A stretch of 64,000 bases of DNA from Candidatus Multivoradales bacterium (GTDB taxonomy: Bacteria; Acidobacteriota; Thermoanaerobaculia; Multivoradales; JAHEKO01), in NCBI GenBank assembly GCA_965223855.1, contig CBDCXM010000009.1:2240001-2304000 (forward strand), in the 5' to 3' direction. The notes under the pieces are model-generated. The model was not told the DNA's origin. It was given only the letters and a program-made list of their open reading frames with translations, and did no database searches. The translations under genes were made by a program, and so were the position numbers. This document shows, in pieces, positions 38,701-48,742 of the stretch (the stretch's first letter is position 1; every line of letters starts with the position of its first letter).

Positions 38701-41700
38701 ATGAAGCTGATCGAGCTCTCCACTCGCCGGCCGGTGACGGTCTTCATCTTCGCCGTCGCGGCGGTGGTGTTCGGCCTGGTGGCGCTCGGGCGGCTGGCGA
38801 CCGATCTGCTGCCGGACATCACCTACCCGTCGCTGACGGTGCGAACCGGCTACGACGGCGCGGCGCCGATCGAGATCGAGAGCCTCGTCACCCGGCCGAT
38901 CGAGAACGCGGCCGGCGTCGTCAACGGGGTGGTGCGGGTGAACTCGAGCTCACGGGCGGACGTCAGCGAGGTGACGCTCGAGTTCGGCTGGGGGACCGAC
39001 ATGGATCTGGCGGGGCTCGACGTGCGCGAGCGCCTCGACCAGATCGAGTTGCCGGACGATGCCGATCGCCCGGTGCTGCTGCGCTACGACCCGTCGCTCG
39101 ACCCGATCGTGCGGCTCGGAGTGAGTGGGGAAGACGACCTGATCCGCCTGCGTCTGCTCGCCGAAGAAGAGATCAAGCGTTCGCTCGAGCGGATCGAGGG
39201 GGTCGCCGGCGTGGTCGTGAGCGGAGGCCTCGAGGAAGAGATCCAGGTCGAGCTCGACGAGCGCCGGATGGCGAATCTCGGGCTCGATGCCGGCCTCGTC
39301 GTCACCCGCCTGGCGCAGGAGAACGTCAATCTCACCGGCGGGCGGCTCATCGAGGGGCAGAGCGAGTACCTGGTACGCACCCTTCAGGAGATCGTCCGAG
39401 CAGAGGATCTGGAGGAGATCGTGCTGACCAGCGATCAGGGGGCGATCGTTCGTCTGCGCGACGTCGGCACGGTTGTCACCGGCGCGAAGGAGCGCGAGAT
39501 CGTCACCCGCATCGACGGCAGCGAGAGCGTCGAGGTGGCGGTCTACAAGGAGGGCGGGACGAACACGGTCACGGTGTCGGACGCCGTGCAGCAGGGGATC
39601 GACGAGCTGCGCACCGAGCTGCGCCGGATCGATCCCAACCTCGAGCTGACCCTCGTCTCGGACCAGGCGCGCTATATCCGCCAGTCGATCTCCGAGGTTC
39701 TCAAGACGGCGGCGATGGGCGGCATCCTGGCGGTGCTGGTGCTCTACTTCTTCCTCCGTTCTTGGAAGACGACGTTCATCATCGGGGCGGCGATCCCGAT
39801 CTCGGTGGTGGCGACGTTCTTCCTCATGTACTCGCGCGACATCTCGCTCAACATCATGTCGCTCGGCGGGTTGACGCTCGGCATCGGCCTGCTGGTCGAC
39901 AACGCGATCGTCGTCCTCGAGGCGATCCAGCGACGCCGTGACCAGGGGGACGACGACGTCGAGGCCGCCGTCACCGGAGCCAGCCAGGTCGGTCGCGCCG
40001 TGATCGCCTCGACGCTGACGACGATCTGCGTCTTCCTGCCGATCGTCTTCGTCGAGGGGGTCGCCGGGCAGCTCTTCGGCGATCAGGCGATGACGGTCGC
40101 GTTCTCCCTCGTGCTGTCCCTGATCGTCGCGCTGACGGTGATCCCGATGCTCGCCTCGCGGCGCTTCTCGCCCTCGGAGGAAGGAGAGGAGCCGGCGGCC
40201 GACGAGTCGCAGGGTCGCCTCGCGTCCATCCGACGCGGGATCTCGAAGGTCTTCTTCCTGGCCGGAGTCTGGCTGGCCCGAGGGCTGCGCGCCGTACGCG
40301 ACGGGATCGCCTGGGTGGTGGACAAGCTGCTCGCCGTACCGCTCGCGCTCTTCGAGCGCGGCTTTGCGGCATTGGCCGGGCTCTATGCGAAGGTGCTCGA
40401 CGGCGCGCTCGCGCGGCCTATCGTCACGGTCGTAGTGGCCCTTGCGCTGCTGGCGGCGAGCCTCCTTCTGTTCCCGCTCCTCGGGAGCGAGCTGGTGCCG
40501 GAGATGATCCAGGGCGAGTTCTTCGTCGATCTCGAGTTGCCGCCGGGGACGCGGCTCGAGGTGACGGAGCGACGCGTCCGCGATCTCGAGCGCTTCGCCG
40601 CCGAGTTGGACGGCGTCGAAATGGTGTACGCCCTCGTCGGCAGCTCGAACGAACAGGGTGGCGTGTCGGGCGAGCGGCGCGAGAACCTCGCGCAGTTGAC
40701 GCTTCGCCTGACGCCACCGGTCGATCGCGACCGGGAAGAGGCGCTGATGGAACTTCTTCGCGAGCCGCTCGACCGACAGGAGGGACTCGAGTATCGCTTC
40801 GGGCGCCCGTCCTACTTCACCTTCAGGACGCCGGTCGAGTTCGAGATCCGCGGTTACAACCTTGAACTGCTCACCCGGCTGGCGAACGAGGCGGTGACGC
40901 GGGTGAGCGCGATCCCGGGGTTGTCGGACGTCAAGTCTTCGACCGAAGGGGGGAGCCCCGAGCTGCAGATTCGCTTCGATCGCGAACGGCTCGCCAACCT
41001 CGGCCTCAACCTGAGCGATCTCGCGTCCACGGTGCGCAGCAAGGTCCAGGGGACGATCGCCACCGATATCCAGCGCGACGACCGCACGATCGACATCCGC
41101 ATGCGCGCCGGCGAGGAGTTCCGCGACAGCGTCCAGGATCTGCTGGAGCTCACCGTCGCGCAGCGCGGCAAGACGGCGGTGCCGCTGTCGGCGGTCGCCG
41201 AGGTGGCTCAGGTCGAGGGGCCGGCGGAGATCCGGCGCTCGGAGGGCGATCGGATCGCCTTGATCTCGGCCAATCTCGTGGGGCGCGATCTCGGCTCGGT
41301 GACGGAGGAAATCGAGGCGACGATGGCCGGCCTGACGCTCCCGAGCGGTTTCGACTGGGCGATGGGCGGTCAGCAGGAGGAGATGGAGACGTCGTTCGAC
41401 AGCATGCGGATGGCGATCCTGCTGGCGATCTTCATGGTCTACCTGGTGATGGCCTCGCAGTTCGAGTCGCTGGTGCACCCGCTGGTGATCCTCTTCAGCG
41501 TCCCCTTCTCGCTGATCGGCGTGCTGGTGGCGCTGACTGTCGGCGGCATCGCGGTGAGCATCGTGGTTCTGATCGGGGTGATCCTCCTCACCGGGATCGT
41601 GGTGAACAACGCGATCATCCTGGTGGACTACACGAACTCGCTGCGGCGCGACGGGGCGAAGAAGCTCGAGGCACTGCGGCAGGCGGGCAAGGTGCGGCTG

Positions 41701-41886
41701 CGCCCGATCCTGATGACGACGGCGACGACGGTCTTGGGGCTGCTGCCGATGGCGGTGGGGTTGGGAGAGGGGGCGGAGTTGCGGACGCCGATGGCGTGGA
41801 CGGTGATCGGTGGGTTGCTAACTTCGACCCTGCTGACGCTGGTGATCGTGCCTGCGGCGTACTCGTTGGTGGATCGACGCGATTGA
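38701..41886 (+). CDS. Second RND efflux permease (AcrB/SwrC-like)
   Basis: 1061 aa; GLLVDNAIVVLE, GIVVNNAI, RLRPILMT, GGLLTST. Confidence 0.93.
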   Translation: MKLIELSTRRPVTVFIFAVAAVVFGLVALGRLATDLLPDITYPSLTVRTGYDGAAPIEIESLVTRPIENAAGVVNGVVRVNSSSRADVSEVTLEFGWGTDMDLAGLDVRERLDQIELPDDADRPVLLRYDPSLDPIVRLGVSGEDDLIRLRLLAEEEIKRSLERIEGVAGVVVSGGLEEEIQVELDERRMANLGLDAGLVVTRLAQENVNLTGGRLIEGQSEYLVRTLQEIVRAEDLEEIVLTSDQGAIVRLRDVGTVVTGAKEREIVTRIDGSESVEVAVYKEGGTNTVTVSDAVQQGIDELRTELRRIDPNLELTLVSDQARYIRQSISEVLKTAAMGGILAVLVLYFFLRSWKTTFIIGAAIPISVVATFFLMYSRDISLNIMSLGGLTLGIGLLVDNAIVVLEAIQRRRDQGDDDVEAAVTGASQVGRAVIASTLTTICVFLPIVFVEGVAGQLFGDQAMTVAFSLVLSLIVALTVIPMLASRRFSPSEEGEEPAADESQGRLASIRRGISKVFFLAGVWLARGLRAVRDGIAWVVDKLLAVPLALFERGFAALAGLYAKVLDGALARPIVTVVVALALLAASLLLFPLLGSELVPEMIQGEFFVDLELPPGTRLEVTERRVRDLERFAAELDGVEMVYALVGSSNEQGGVSGERRENLAQLTLRLTPPVDRDREEALMELLREPLDRQEGLEYRFGRPSYFTFRTPVEFEIRGYNLELLTRLANEAVTRVSAIPGLSDVKSSTEGGSPELQIRFDRERLANLGLNLSDLASTVRSKVQGTIATDIQRDDRTIDIRMRAGEEFRDSVQDLLELTVAQRGKTAVPLSAVAEVAQVEGPAEIRRSEGDRIALISANLVGRDLGSVTEEIEATMAGLTLPSGFDWAMGGQQEEMETSFDSMRMAILLAIFMVYLVMASQFESLVHPLVILFSVPFSLIGVLVALTVGGIAVSIVVLIGVILLTGIVVNNAIILVDYTNSLRRDGAKKLEALRQAGKVRLRPILMTTATTVLGLLPMAVGLGEGAELRTPMAWTVIGGLLTSTLLTLVIVPAAYSLVDRRD

Positions 41887-41913
41887 GCTCGCGGGCGCGC
41901 GTCCCCTGAAACC

Positions 41914-42159
41914 GGCCCGCCTTCGAACTCCAGAAGCTGCCTCTGCGGGGGCCGGCTGCGCCGGCCCGGGAGGGGGTGTCTTCTCGGCTGGCGTCCCGCC
42001 AGCCAGAGCGCTTCGCGCTCTCGCGCGTACTCGGTAGCAGGCTCGGCAGCGCGCGGCTCTCATCGCCGTTGCTGGGTTCGGCTGCAGCTCGAGGCACCGG
42101 TGAGGGGCTCGGCGATGAGCCCCCGCTGAGCCAGCTTTCAGAAGTCGAAAGCGGGCCTA
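41914..42159. repeat. Inverted-repeat-bounded hairpin element (REPIN/MITE-like), copy 1
   Basis: 38-bp imperfect inverted arms at 41914-41951 and 42120-42157. 42020-42159 aligns without gaps to 44851-44990 with about 22 mismatches in 140 nt (hand count). Confidence 0.8.
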
Positions 42160-42190
42160 CCGGAGAGGTGGAGAAGCGATCTGCCCTTTG

Positions 42191-44679
42191 CTACTCGCTC
42201 GAGCCGGCCTGGTCGCCGCTCGAATCTCCTTCCGAGCCGAGCAAGACTTCCAGGACCGTGTCCGTGCGATTGCGCCAGCTGGACCAGTCGGTGGAATCGA
42301 CGACCTCGCCGCCGTGCACGGTGTAGCCGCGAGAGGTGAGGTCTTCGAAGAAGTTGCGCGTGGCCAGCCGGGTGTCCCAGCCTTCCTTGATCGCCCGCAG
42401 GTCCATCGAACCCCACTCGACGTAGAACTCGATCGGCAGGAGAGTCTCGCCGGCCTCGTCGAGGCTCCCGTAGATGGGGGCGTAGGAGATGTCGACGCCG
42501 TGAATCGACTGCACGGCGACACGCTGTGCGAACTCGGGGTTCGAGACCGCCAGCATCAGGGCGCTGATCGACGATCCACCGGTGCCGGCCAGGGACCGAC
42601 GCTCAGGGATCGACGCGGTACGTCTCCTCGACCGCCGGGACGACTTCGCCGAGAAAGGCCTGCATCGCCACCGGTCCCGGTAGCTGCACCGGTTCGGTGA
42701 AGACGACCACCGGGGCGGAGCCTCCATTCGCCCCGAGGTGCTGCCAGGGTCTGGGTCCAGCGGCCTTCGCGACGTGCCTCGCCGTCGAGGACGTAGATCA
42801 CCGGATAGGTGTCTTCGTTGTCGTCGTACCCGGGAGGGGTCCAGACGGCGAACTCCAGGGTGACCGGCTCAGGGGCTCTTCCGCCGCTTCCTCCGAGGCC
42901 TCTTCCGCGAATCCTCCTCTGCGGCTTCTTCCGAAGCTCCTTCCGGGGCCCCTTCCGGGGCGGCGGGCTGGAACTCCCTGCTGTGCTCTTCGAGCCTACC
43001 TTGCGCTTCGCCGTCGAGATCGGCCCAATGCTCGGGCTGCTCCCAGCCGGGCATCGCCATCCACGACATCTCGATCGGATCCTCGGCCCGCGCGAAGTTC
43101 ATGTCGGGACCGTAGATCGACATCTGGGTCTTGCGGGGGTTGTACGGGATCGAGAGTCGGCTCGTAGTCAACGAGGAAAGGCATAGCTGAAGCGCATGCC
43201 GTCGGGAACGGTTCCGGCCCACCACCACAGGTCGGTACCCGTCGACCTTGATGCATCGGCTCCTCTGCGCGCACGCCGATGACATCGCCACCGAAGGCGA
43301 CATCGTCGGCCTCACCGCGCCATACGAAGGTCACCTGGTTGCCGTCGATCCAGGGGGGCGTCGACTCTGCGACCAGGCGATCCGCCGTTGCGGCGGGGTC
43401 GTCGGAGCCGGCGATCTCGGCGATCTTCGCCGGCAGCTCGTTGAGCGACCTCCAGAGTCGCGGCGCCGCGGCTGAGATCGACGCGAGCCAGTTGTCCGAA
43501 GCTGCGCACGAACAGGCTGCCGTTGGCGAACGCGGGCGGCGTCCAGGAGTGCGACTCGAACAGGTCGAGCGAACCGGTCTCGGTCCAGGCGTCTTCTGGC
43601 ACCGGCCCCCAGTGCAGAGTCCCCGCCTTGGTGAGGACGACCATCTGGTCGCCGACGATGATCGGGAAGCCGTCGCCCGGTTCGCGCGAACGGAAGCGGG
43701 TCGAGCCATCCGATGGATCGACCGAGGTCAGGAAACGGGTCGAGTAGCCGTAGAGCGAGCCGGCGGCGGAGACCGGCGGGATGTAGGAGTTGACGAGCGC
43801 CTTGTCCTCCCACACCTTTTCGACCTCGTAGCCGTCGTCGGTGCTGGTGACCTTGAGGAGAGCGGACTTGTGGTCGTCGTGGTCGATGAAGAGACGATCG
43901 CCTCCCAGCGGCAGCACCGTCAGGCTGCCGGCTCCGCGGCCGCCGGAACCGCCGTGCTCGAAACTCCATAGGAGCTCTCCGGAGTCCGGATCGGCGGCGA
44001 AGACCGACTTCCCGGCGCCGACGACCACCTGCGCGCGGTCGGCCAGGGTCGTGAGGATCGGCGACTGGTAGTGGATCGAGTCGGTGCCGACGCGCCACCG
44101 CACCTCTCCGGTGGCGAGGTCGAAGGCCACGAGGGTGCCCTCCTCACCGTTGCCTCCTGTGATGACGCTGCCTGCCGCCGCCAACGGCGAGCTGCCGAAG
44201 CCGTACCAAGGCTTCGCGAGCCCTACGTCCTCGACGAGGTGGGTTGTCCACACCTGCTCGCCGGTCGCCAGCTCGAAGGCGCTCAGACGGCCCCAGGCGC
44301 CGAGGGCGTAGACGTGGTCGCCGGCGATCAGGGGCGTCGCGATGGCACCGTCGTGCGAGCCGTCATGCCCCTTGTAGGTCGGCTCCAGGGTCGCGCGCCA
44401 CAGCTCTTCGCCCGAGACGGTGGAGAAGGCCCCCACGACGTCGTTCTCGCCGGCGACGAACACGGTGACCGCGACGTCACCCTGCACCGCCACGCCGGAG
44501 TAGGCGCTCCCGATGTCGCTCTTCCAGGCGACCTCGAGCGCCAGGTCGCCGTCGCCCGCCGGCAAGCCCGCTTCGACTACCCCGGTGCTGTCCGGGCCGC
44601 GGTACTGAACCCAATCGTCGGCCGCGATCGGCGTGGCGAGGAGGCACAGGGCGAGGGCAGAGCGAAGGGGAAGTCGCAT
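42191..44679 (-). pseudogene. Secreted PQQ-like beta-propeller fused to CBM48-like/putative esterase domain, broken by several frameshifts
   Basis: Signal peptide, W.Q.RGP and PQQ-type repeats (44679-~43450). Continues in other frames with VTFVWRG, DP.NP, VWTPPGYD..YPVIYVLDG and a C-terminal W.SW segment ending at 42191. Confidence 0.7.
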
Positions 44680-44809
44680 CGGGAGCTCCTTGGATGTCGC
44701 GTTTTGGTGATTCGGGAAAGCAGAGGCTAGTGGAGAGCGATCGGAAACTCCAGCTCCGCGGTTGTTGGCTATGGGGGGAAGAGCTCACGGGCCGTTGTGC
44801 CCTGAAGCC

Positions 44810-44990
44810 GGCCCACTCCCGAGTTCCAGAAGCCGACCCCGCGGGGGACGCTCGCGCGTACTCGGTAGGAGGCACTTCAGCGCGCGGCTCTCATCGCCTT
44901 CGCTGGGTTCCGCTACAGCCGGAGGCACTGTTGGCGGGCTTGGCGATGAGCCCCCGCGGAGTCAGCTTCTGGAAGTCGGGAGCGGGCCTA
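44810..44990. repeat. Inverted-repeat-bounded hairpin element (REPIN/MITE-like), copy 2
   Basis: 38-bp inverted arms at 44810-44847 and 44951-44988; internal stem CTCATCGCC...GGCGATGAG. Confidence 0.8.
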
Positions 44991-45494
44991 TCAGCCCCTC
45001 TTGCGCGCTACCCAGACTCGGTGTTCGTCAAGGGCGCGATTCCTGCTCTTGAGGACTCGCAGATAGGCGAGACGGTGATGACCCTCCAACAGGCACCAGC
45101 GAGGTAGAGCAACGTTCCTCTTGGGCAGCACCAATCCTGACGAGTTATCGAGCACTATCGGAGGCACTGGCCAAGTGCCCACCCGCGCCATGTAGATGCC
45201 CAGCTTGCTTGCAGCGGTAATGCCGCCTTCGTTGAAGTCTTTGGCCCAGGAGGAGGTTGCTTCTTCGTTTAGGGTGCGTACTTGCTCCGCTACTTTGGCC
45301 AACGTCCAGGCCTGCATAGCAAAGTCGAGCGTCTCAAACTCCAGCCATCCCCAGAGTTGATCGACGTTGCCGTGCTGCAGGTGCCACTGCGAAAGGACCT
45401 CGTCGGGATAGCGAGGCAATCGCGCGCGCAGCCGAGCGCGGTAGGCGTCAGATGGCTCCTCGTCGCTGGTTCGACGAAACGGACTTGAAGCCAT
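44991..45494 (-). CDS. Hypothetical ParB/sulfiredoxin-like N-terminal domain protein in a lower-GC patch
   Basis: WPVPPIV...LLEGHHRL resembles the ParB/Srx P-I-x-V...DG-x-H-R motif; SD GGAGG; codon usage unlike the flanks. Confidence 0.5.
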   Translation of the reverse strand: MASSPFRRTSDEEPSDAYRARLRARLPRYPDEVLSQWHLQHGNVDQLWGWLEFETLDFAMQAWTLAKVAEQVRTLNEEATSSWAKDFNEGGITAASKLGIYMARVGTWPVPPIVLDNSSGLVLPKRNVALPRWCLLEGHHRLAYLRVLKSRNRALDEHRVWVARKRG

Positions 45495-45548
45495 CGAGGA
45501 ATCCTCCGCTTGTGCTCGCTCCCTGCCCGTTGAGACGTGAAGCGATCG

Positions 45549-45971
45549 CTACTGACCTGAACGTGGCCTCTCTCTGGTCAACGCCAACGCCGTGATCTCC
45601 CGACAATTCGTTGGCTCGCACCCATAGCTGGCCCCTTTCCCGAAGTCGTCGTCGAACCAGATGTGGAGCGTCCGCTCGTGGATCACGGCGTTCTGGGCGA
45701 CTTCGAGGAAGTAGTCGAGCAGCTCGCCCTGCCTTCCAAGGAGCGGCTGGAAGTTCTGGGAGATCATCGGGAAGGCGAAACGATCGATTTCGCGGAACCG
45801 GTCCTGGGCGCGCTCGGACAGAACGATCGCCTCGGTGCAGACGATCTCGATCTTCTGGTAGTCGACCTTCACCGCCGACGGGTTGCACGCGTAGTCGCGC
45901 TCCACCGCGGTGGCGGGGCCGGCGACGGCCAAGGCTAGCGAGAGGGCGAGAAGGGGGCGGATTCTGGGCAT
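45549..45971 (-). CDS. Secreted hypothetical protein (4 Cys)
   Basis: SD-like GGAAAGGA, signal peptide ending ATA; GC3-biased except at the 3' end. Confidence 0.7.
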   Translation of the reverse strand: MPRIRPLLALSLALAVAGPATAVERDYACNPSAVKVDYQKIEIVCTEAIVLSERAQDRFREIDRFAFPMISQNFQPLLGRQGELLDYFLEVAQNAVIHERTLHIWFDDDFGKGASYGCEPTNCREITALALTRERPRSGQ

Positions 45972-46080
45972 GGGGTCCTTTCCTGCTCGGTACGGCCGTC
46001 GATACGCTCTATCGGTACGGCCGGGGACCGGTCGCCGTCTAGTCTACCGGCGAGTCGGGAGGTTCAGGCTAGGATGGGAC

Positions 46081-46860
46081 ATGGCCTTGCGATGGCCTTG
46101 CCTGGCTCTACTCGCCGTCCCGGCGGTCCTGGGCGCTCAGCCGAGCTGCCCGGAGGGAATGTCGGGCGTGCCGGTAACCGCCGTGGGAGGCAATCCGGTG
46201 GACGCCTTCTGTCTCGACGTGACTGAAGTGACGGTGGCGGCCTATCGAGACTGCGTCGGGGCCGGCGACTGCACCCCTTCGCCCCGCTCGGTGGCGGGGC
46301 CGGACGTGCCCGAAGATCACATCCCGCTGTGGAGCCGCTCGTGCAACGACGGCAAGCGGGGGCGCAAGGGGCATCCGATCAACTGCGTCGACTTCACGCA
46401 GGCACAGACCTATTGCGCGGCGGTGGGGAAGCGCCTGCCGACCGAGCGGGAGTGGCAGGCCGCCGCGTCGGGAGGAGAGGAGGCGAGGATCTACCCCTGG
46501 GGCAATCTCGCTCCGACCTCCAGGCACGCCAACGGCTGCGACTTCCTCTGTCTCGACCGGCTGAAGAAGTTCGCCATGCGCCGCCGGACCCTCCACTACG
46601 GCGAAGACGGCTACGAGGACACCGCCCCCGTCGGCTCGTTCCCGGCCGGCGTCGGCCGCTGGGGCCATCACGACCTCGCCGGCAACGTCTGGGAGTTCAC
46701 CTCCTCCCCCTACGGCGACGACGAGCGCGTCCGCGCCATTCGCGGCGGCGGCTGGGCCCAGAGCAACCCCGAGCGCATGCGCACCGACTACCGCGGCGGC
46801 TACCTCACTGACGCCCGCGGCAGCGCCGTCGGCTTCCGCTGCGCCGCGAATCCCCTCTAG
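46081..46860 (+). CDS. FGE/SUMF1-sulfatase-modifying-factor domain protein, secreted
   Basis: TEVTV..Y..CV, HPINCV, RLPTE.EW..AA, YPWG, DLAGNVWE, RGGGW, GFRCA. Confidence 0.88.
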   Translation: MALRWPCLALLAVPAVLGAQPSCPEGMSGVPVTAVGGNPVDAFCLDVTEVTVAAYRDCVGAGDCTPSPRSVAGPDVPEDHIPLWSRSCNDGKRGRKGHPINCVDFTQAQTYCAAVGKRLPTEREWQAAASGGEEARIYPWGNLAPTSRHANGCDFLCLDRLKKFAMRRRTLHYGEDGYEDTAPVGSFPAGVGRWGHHDLAGNVWEFTSSPYGDDERVRAIRGGGWAQSNPERMRTDYRGGYLTDARGSAVGFRCAANPL

Positions 46861-46888
46861 GGTCGTCCCCCTTCCCCTTACGGCTTTG

Positions 46889-47153
46889 GGAGAAGCTGCA
46901 CGTGTCCTTACCCTCAAGGGCGACGAAGGGGTTTCTCCGCCCGGGGCATGGTCGGGCGAGGGGGCCGAGCCTGCGGCTCGGTCGTCGGCTGTCGCCGACG
47001 AGGGCCCTTTGCTTTCTGGCATCGCCGTTCGGCGACGCACCGGCCTCAACTCGGAGAAGCTGCAGCTCCCCGCTCCGTCAAGGGCGACGAAGGGGTTTCT
47101 CCGCCCGGGGTCTGGTCGGGTGAGGCCGGGTGGAGAAAGGGCTTCGTCGCCCT
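46889..47153. repeat. Direct repeat (164-bp offset) of a REP-like hairpin unit between convergent genes
   Basis: The 33-mer TCAAGGGCGACGAAGGGGTTTCTCCGCCCGGGG occurs at 46914 and 47078, and GGAGAAGCTGCA at 46889 and 47053. Copy 2 folds back (47081-47108 with 47126-47153). Confidence 0.75.
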
Positions 47154-47194
47154 GAATTGACAGGACGCGCGCCCTCTCGCAAGGCCACCTTCTC

Positions 47195-48742
47195 CTACTT
47201 GAAGATCTTGAAGAACAACCCGAAGAGCTTCGAAGCCGTAGGCGTCAACCGGGTCCGGCTCCAGGCGTCGCCCGCCTTCTTGATCACCTCGGCCTGCGTC
47301 GGGTAGGGGTGGATCGCGGAGGAGATCTTGCCGAGGCCGATGCCGTGGGTCATGGCGAGCGAGACTTCGCCGATGAGATCGCCGGCGTGCTCGGCGACGA
47401 TCGTCGCTCCGAGGATCTCGTCCGAGCCCTTCTTCACGTAGACCCGCAGGAACCCCTCGTCCTCGCCGTCGAGGATCGCCCGATCGACGCTCGACATCGG
47501 GATCTCGAAGGTGTCGAGCTCGACGCCGCGCTCCTCGGCCTCGCGCGGGTAGATGCCGACGTGAGCGACCTCGGGGCTGGTGTAGGTGCACCAGGGGATC
47601 ACCAGGTCGCTCGCCTTCTTGCGGCCGAAGAAGAGCGCGTTCTGGATCGCGATGCGGGCGAGAGCGTCTGCGGCGTGGGTGAACTTGAAGCGTGAGGCGA
47701 TGTCGCCGACGGCGTAGATCTTCTTGTTGGTCGTCTGCAGGCGGTCGTCCACGGTGACGCCGTGCTTCGAGTACTCGACACCGGCCGCCTCCAGGCCGAG
47801 GCCGTCGGTGTTGGGCTTGCGGCCGACCGAGACCAGCAGCTTCTCGACGTCGATCTCGAAATGCTCCTGGTTGCCGTGAACGAGGTCGGCATCGACCGAC
47901 AGATGCACGGTGCCGTCGTCGTTGCGCGAAAGAGTGGTGTTCTTGCCGCAGCAGTAGATCTTCACCCCGTCGGCGAGCATCTGCTTGCGGACGAGAGCGG
48001 AGGAGTCTTCCTCCTCGACGGTGAGGATGCGGTCCATCGCCTCGAGCAGGTGCACCTCGACGCCGAGACGGGCGAAGCTCTGGGCCATCTCGCAGCCGAT
48101 CGGGCCGGCGCCGATGATGCCGATCGACTTCGGCGGCTCGGTGAGGTTGAAGAGCGTTTCGTTCGTGAGGTACTCGACCTCGTCGAGACCGGGGATCGGC
48201 GGAGCCGAGGCGCGGGCGCCGGTGGCGACGATGGCGCGTCGGAAGCGCAACCGCTTGCCGCCGACCTCGACCGCATCGGAGGCGACGAAGGTGCCGTCGC
48301 CGAGGAACATGTCGATGCCGAGGCCGGAGAATCGCTTGGCGCTGTCGTGGTGGCTGATGCCGGCGCGCAGCTCGCGCATCCGTTCCATGGCGGCGGCGAA
48401 GTCCCCTTCGCCGCTCACCGGCGGGCCGCCGAAGCGCGCGGCGGCGGTGCGGGCGTCGTGCCAGGCGCGAGCAGCGCGGATCACTCCCTTGGAGGGGACG
48501 CAGCCGACGTTGAGACAGTCTCCGCCCATCAGATTGCGCTCGATGAGCGCCACCTTCGCTCCGAGCCCCGCGGCGCCGGCGGCACTCACGAGACCGGCCG
48601 TACCGGCACCGACGACGACGAGGTGGTAGCGGTCGGCCGGTTCGGGATTGACCCAGTCCGAGGGATGGACGTTGGCGACGAGTTCGCGATCGGCGGCGCT
48701 CGCCTCGAGCAGCTCGGTTTCAGGCTTGCGGAGCTCAGACAT
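47195..48742 (-). CDS. Pyridine nucleotide-disulfide oxidoreductase (MerA/LpdA-like; no C-terminal Cys-Cys)
   Basis: GAGTAG, GGDCLNVGCVPSK, GAGPIGCE, IHPYPT.AE. Confidence 0.88.
   Translation of the reverse strand: MSELRKPETELLEASAADRELVANVHPSDWVNPEPADRYHLVVVGAGTAGLVSAAGAAGLGAKVALIERNLMGGDCLNVGCVPSKGVIRAARAWHDARTAAARFGGPPVSGEGDFAAAMERMRELRAGISHHDSAKRFSGLGIDMFLGDGTFVASDAVEVGGKRLRFRRAIVATGARASAPPIPGLDEVEYLTNETLFNLTEPPKSIGIIGAGPIGCEMAQSFARLGVEVHLLEAMDRILTVEEEDSSALVRKQMLADGVKIYCCGKNTTLSRNDDGTVHLSVDADLVHGNQEHFEIDVEKLLVSVGRKPNTDGLGLEAAGVEYSKHGVTVDDRLQTTNKKIYAVGDIASRFKFTHAADALARIAIQNALFFGRKKASDLVIPWCTYTSPEVAHVGIYPREAEERGVELDTFEIPMSSVDRAILDGEDEGFLRVYVKKGSDEILGATIVAEHAGDLIGEVSLAMTHGIGLGKISSAIHPYPTQAEVIKKAGDAWSRTRLTPTASKLFGLFFKIFK

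Noticed and set aside
34438-41478. Long antisense ORFs (1244 aa, 842 aa), and similar ones opposite ACE, PP2C, sdhA and the 59-62 kb genes
   Set aside because: Stop-poor shadows of GC3-biased genes with no motifs.
41914-44990. Composite transposon carrying the beta-propeller gene
   Set aside because: No transposase or target-site duplication is evident, and the enclosed gene has host-like codon usage.
46889-47153. Possible CRISPR array (33-bp repeat)
   Set aside because: Only two copies, ~130-bp spacing, and no cas genes.
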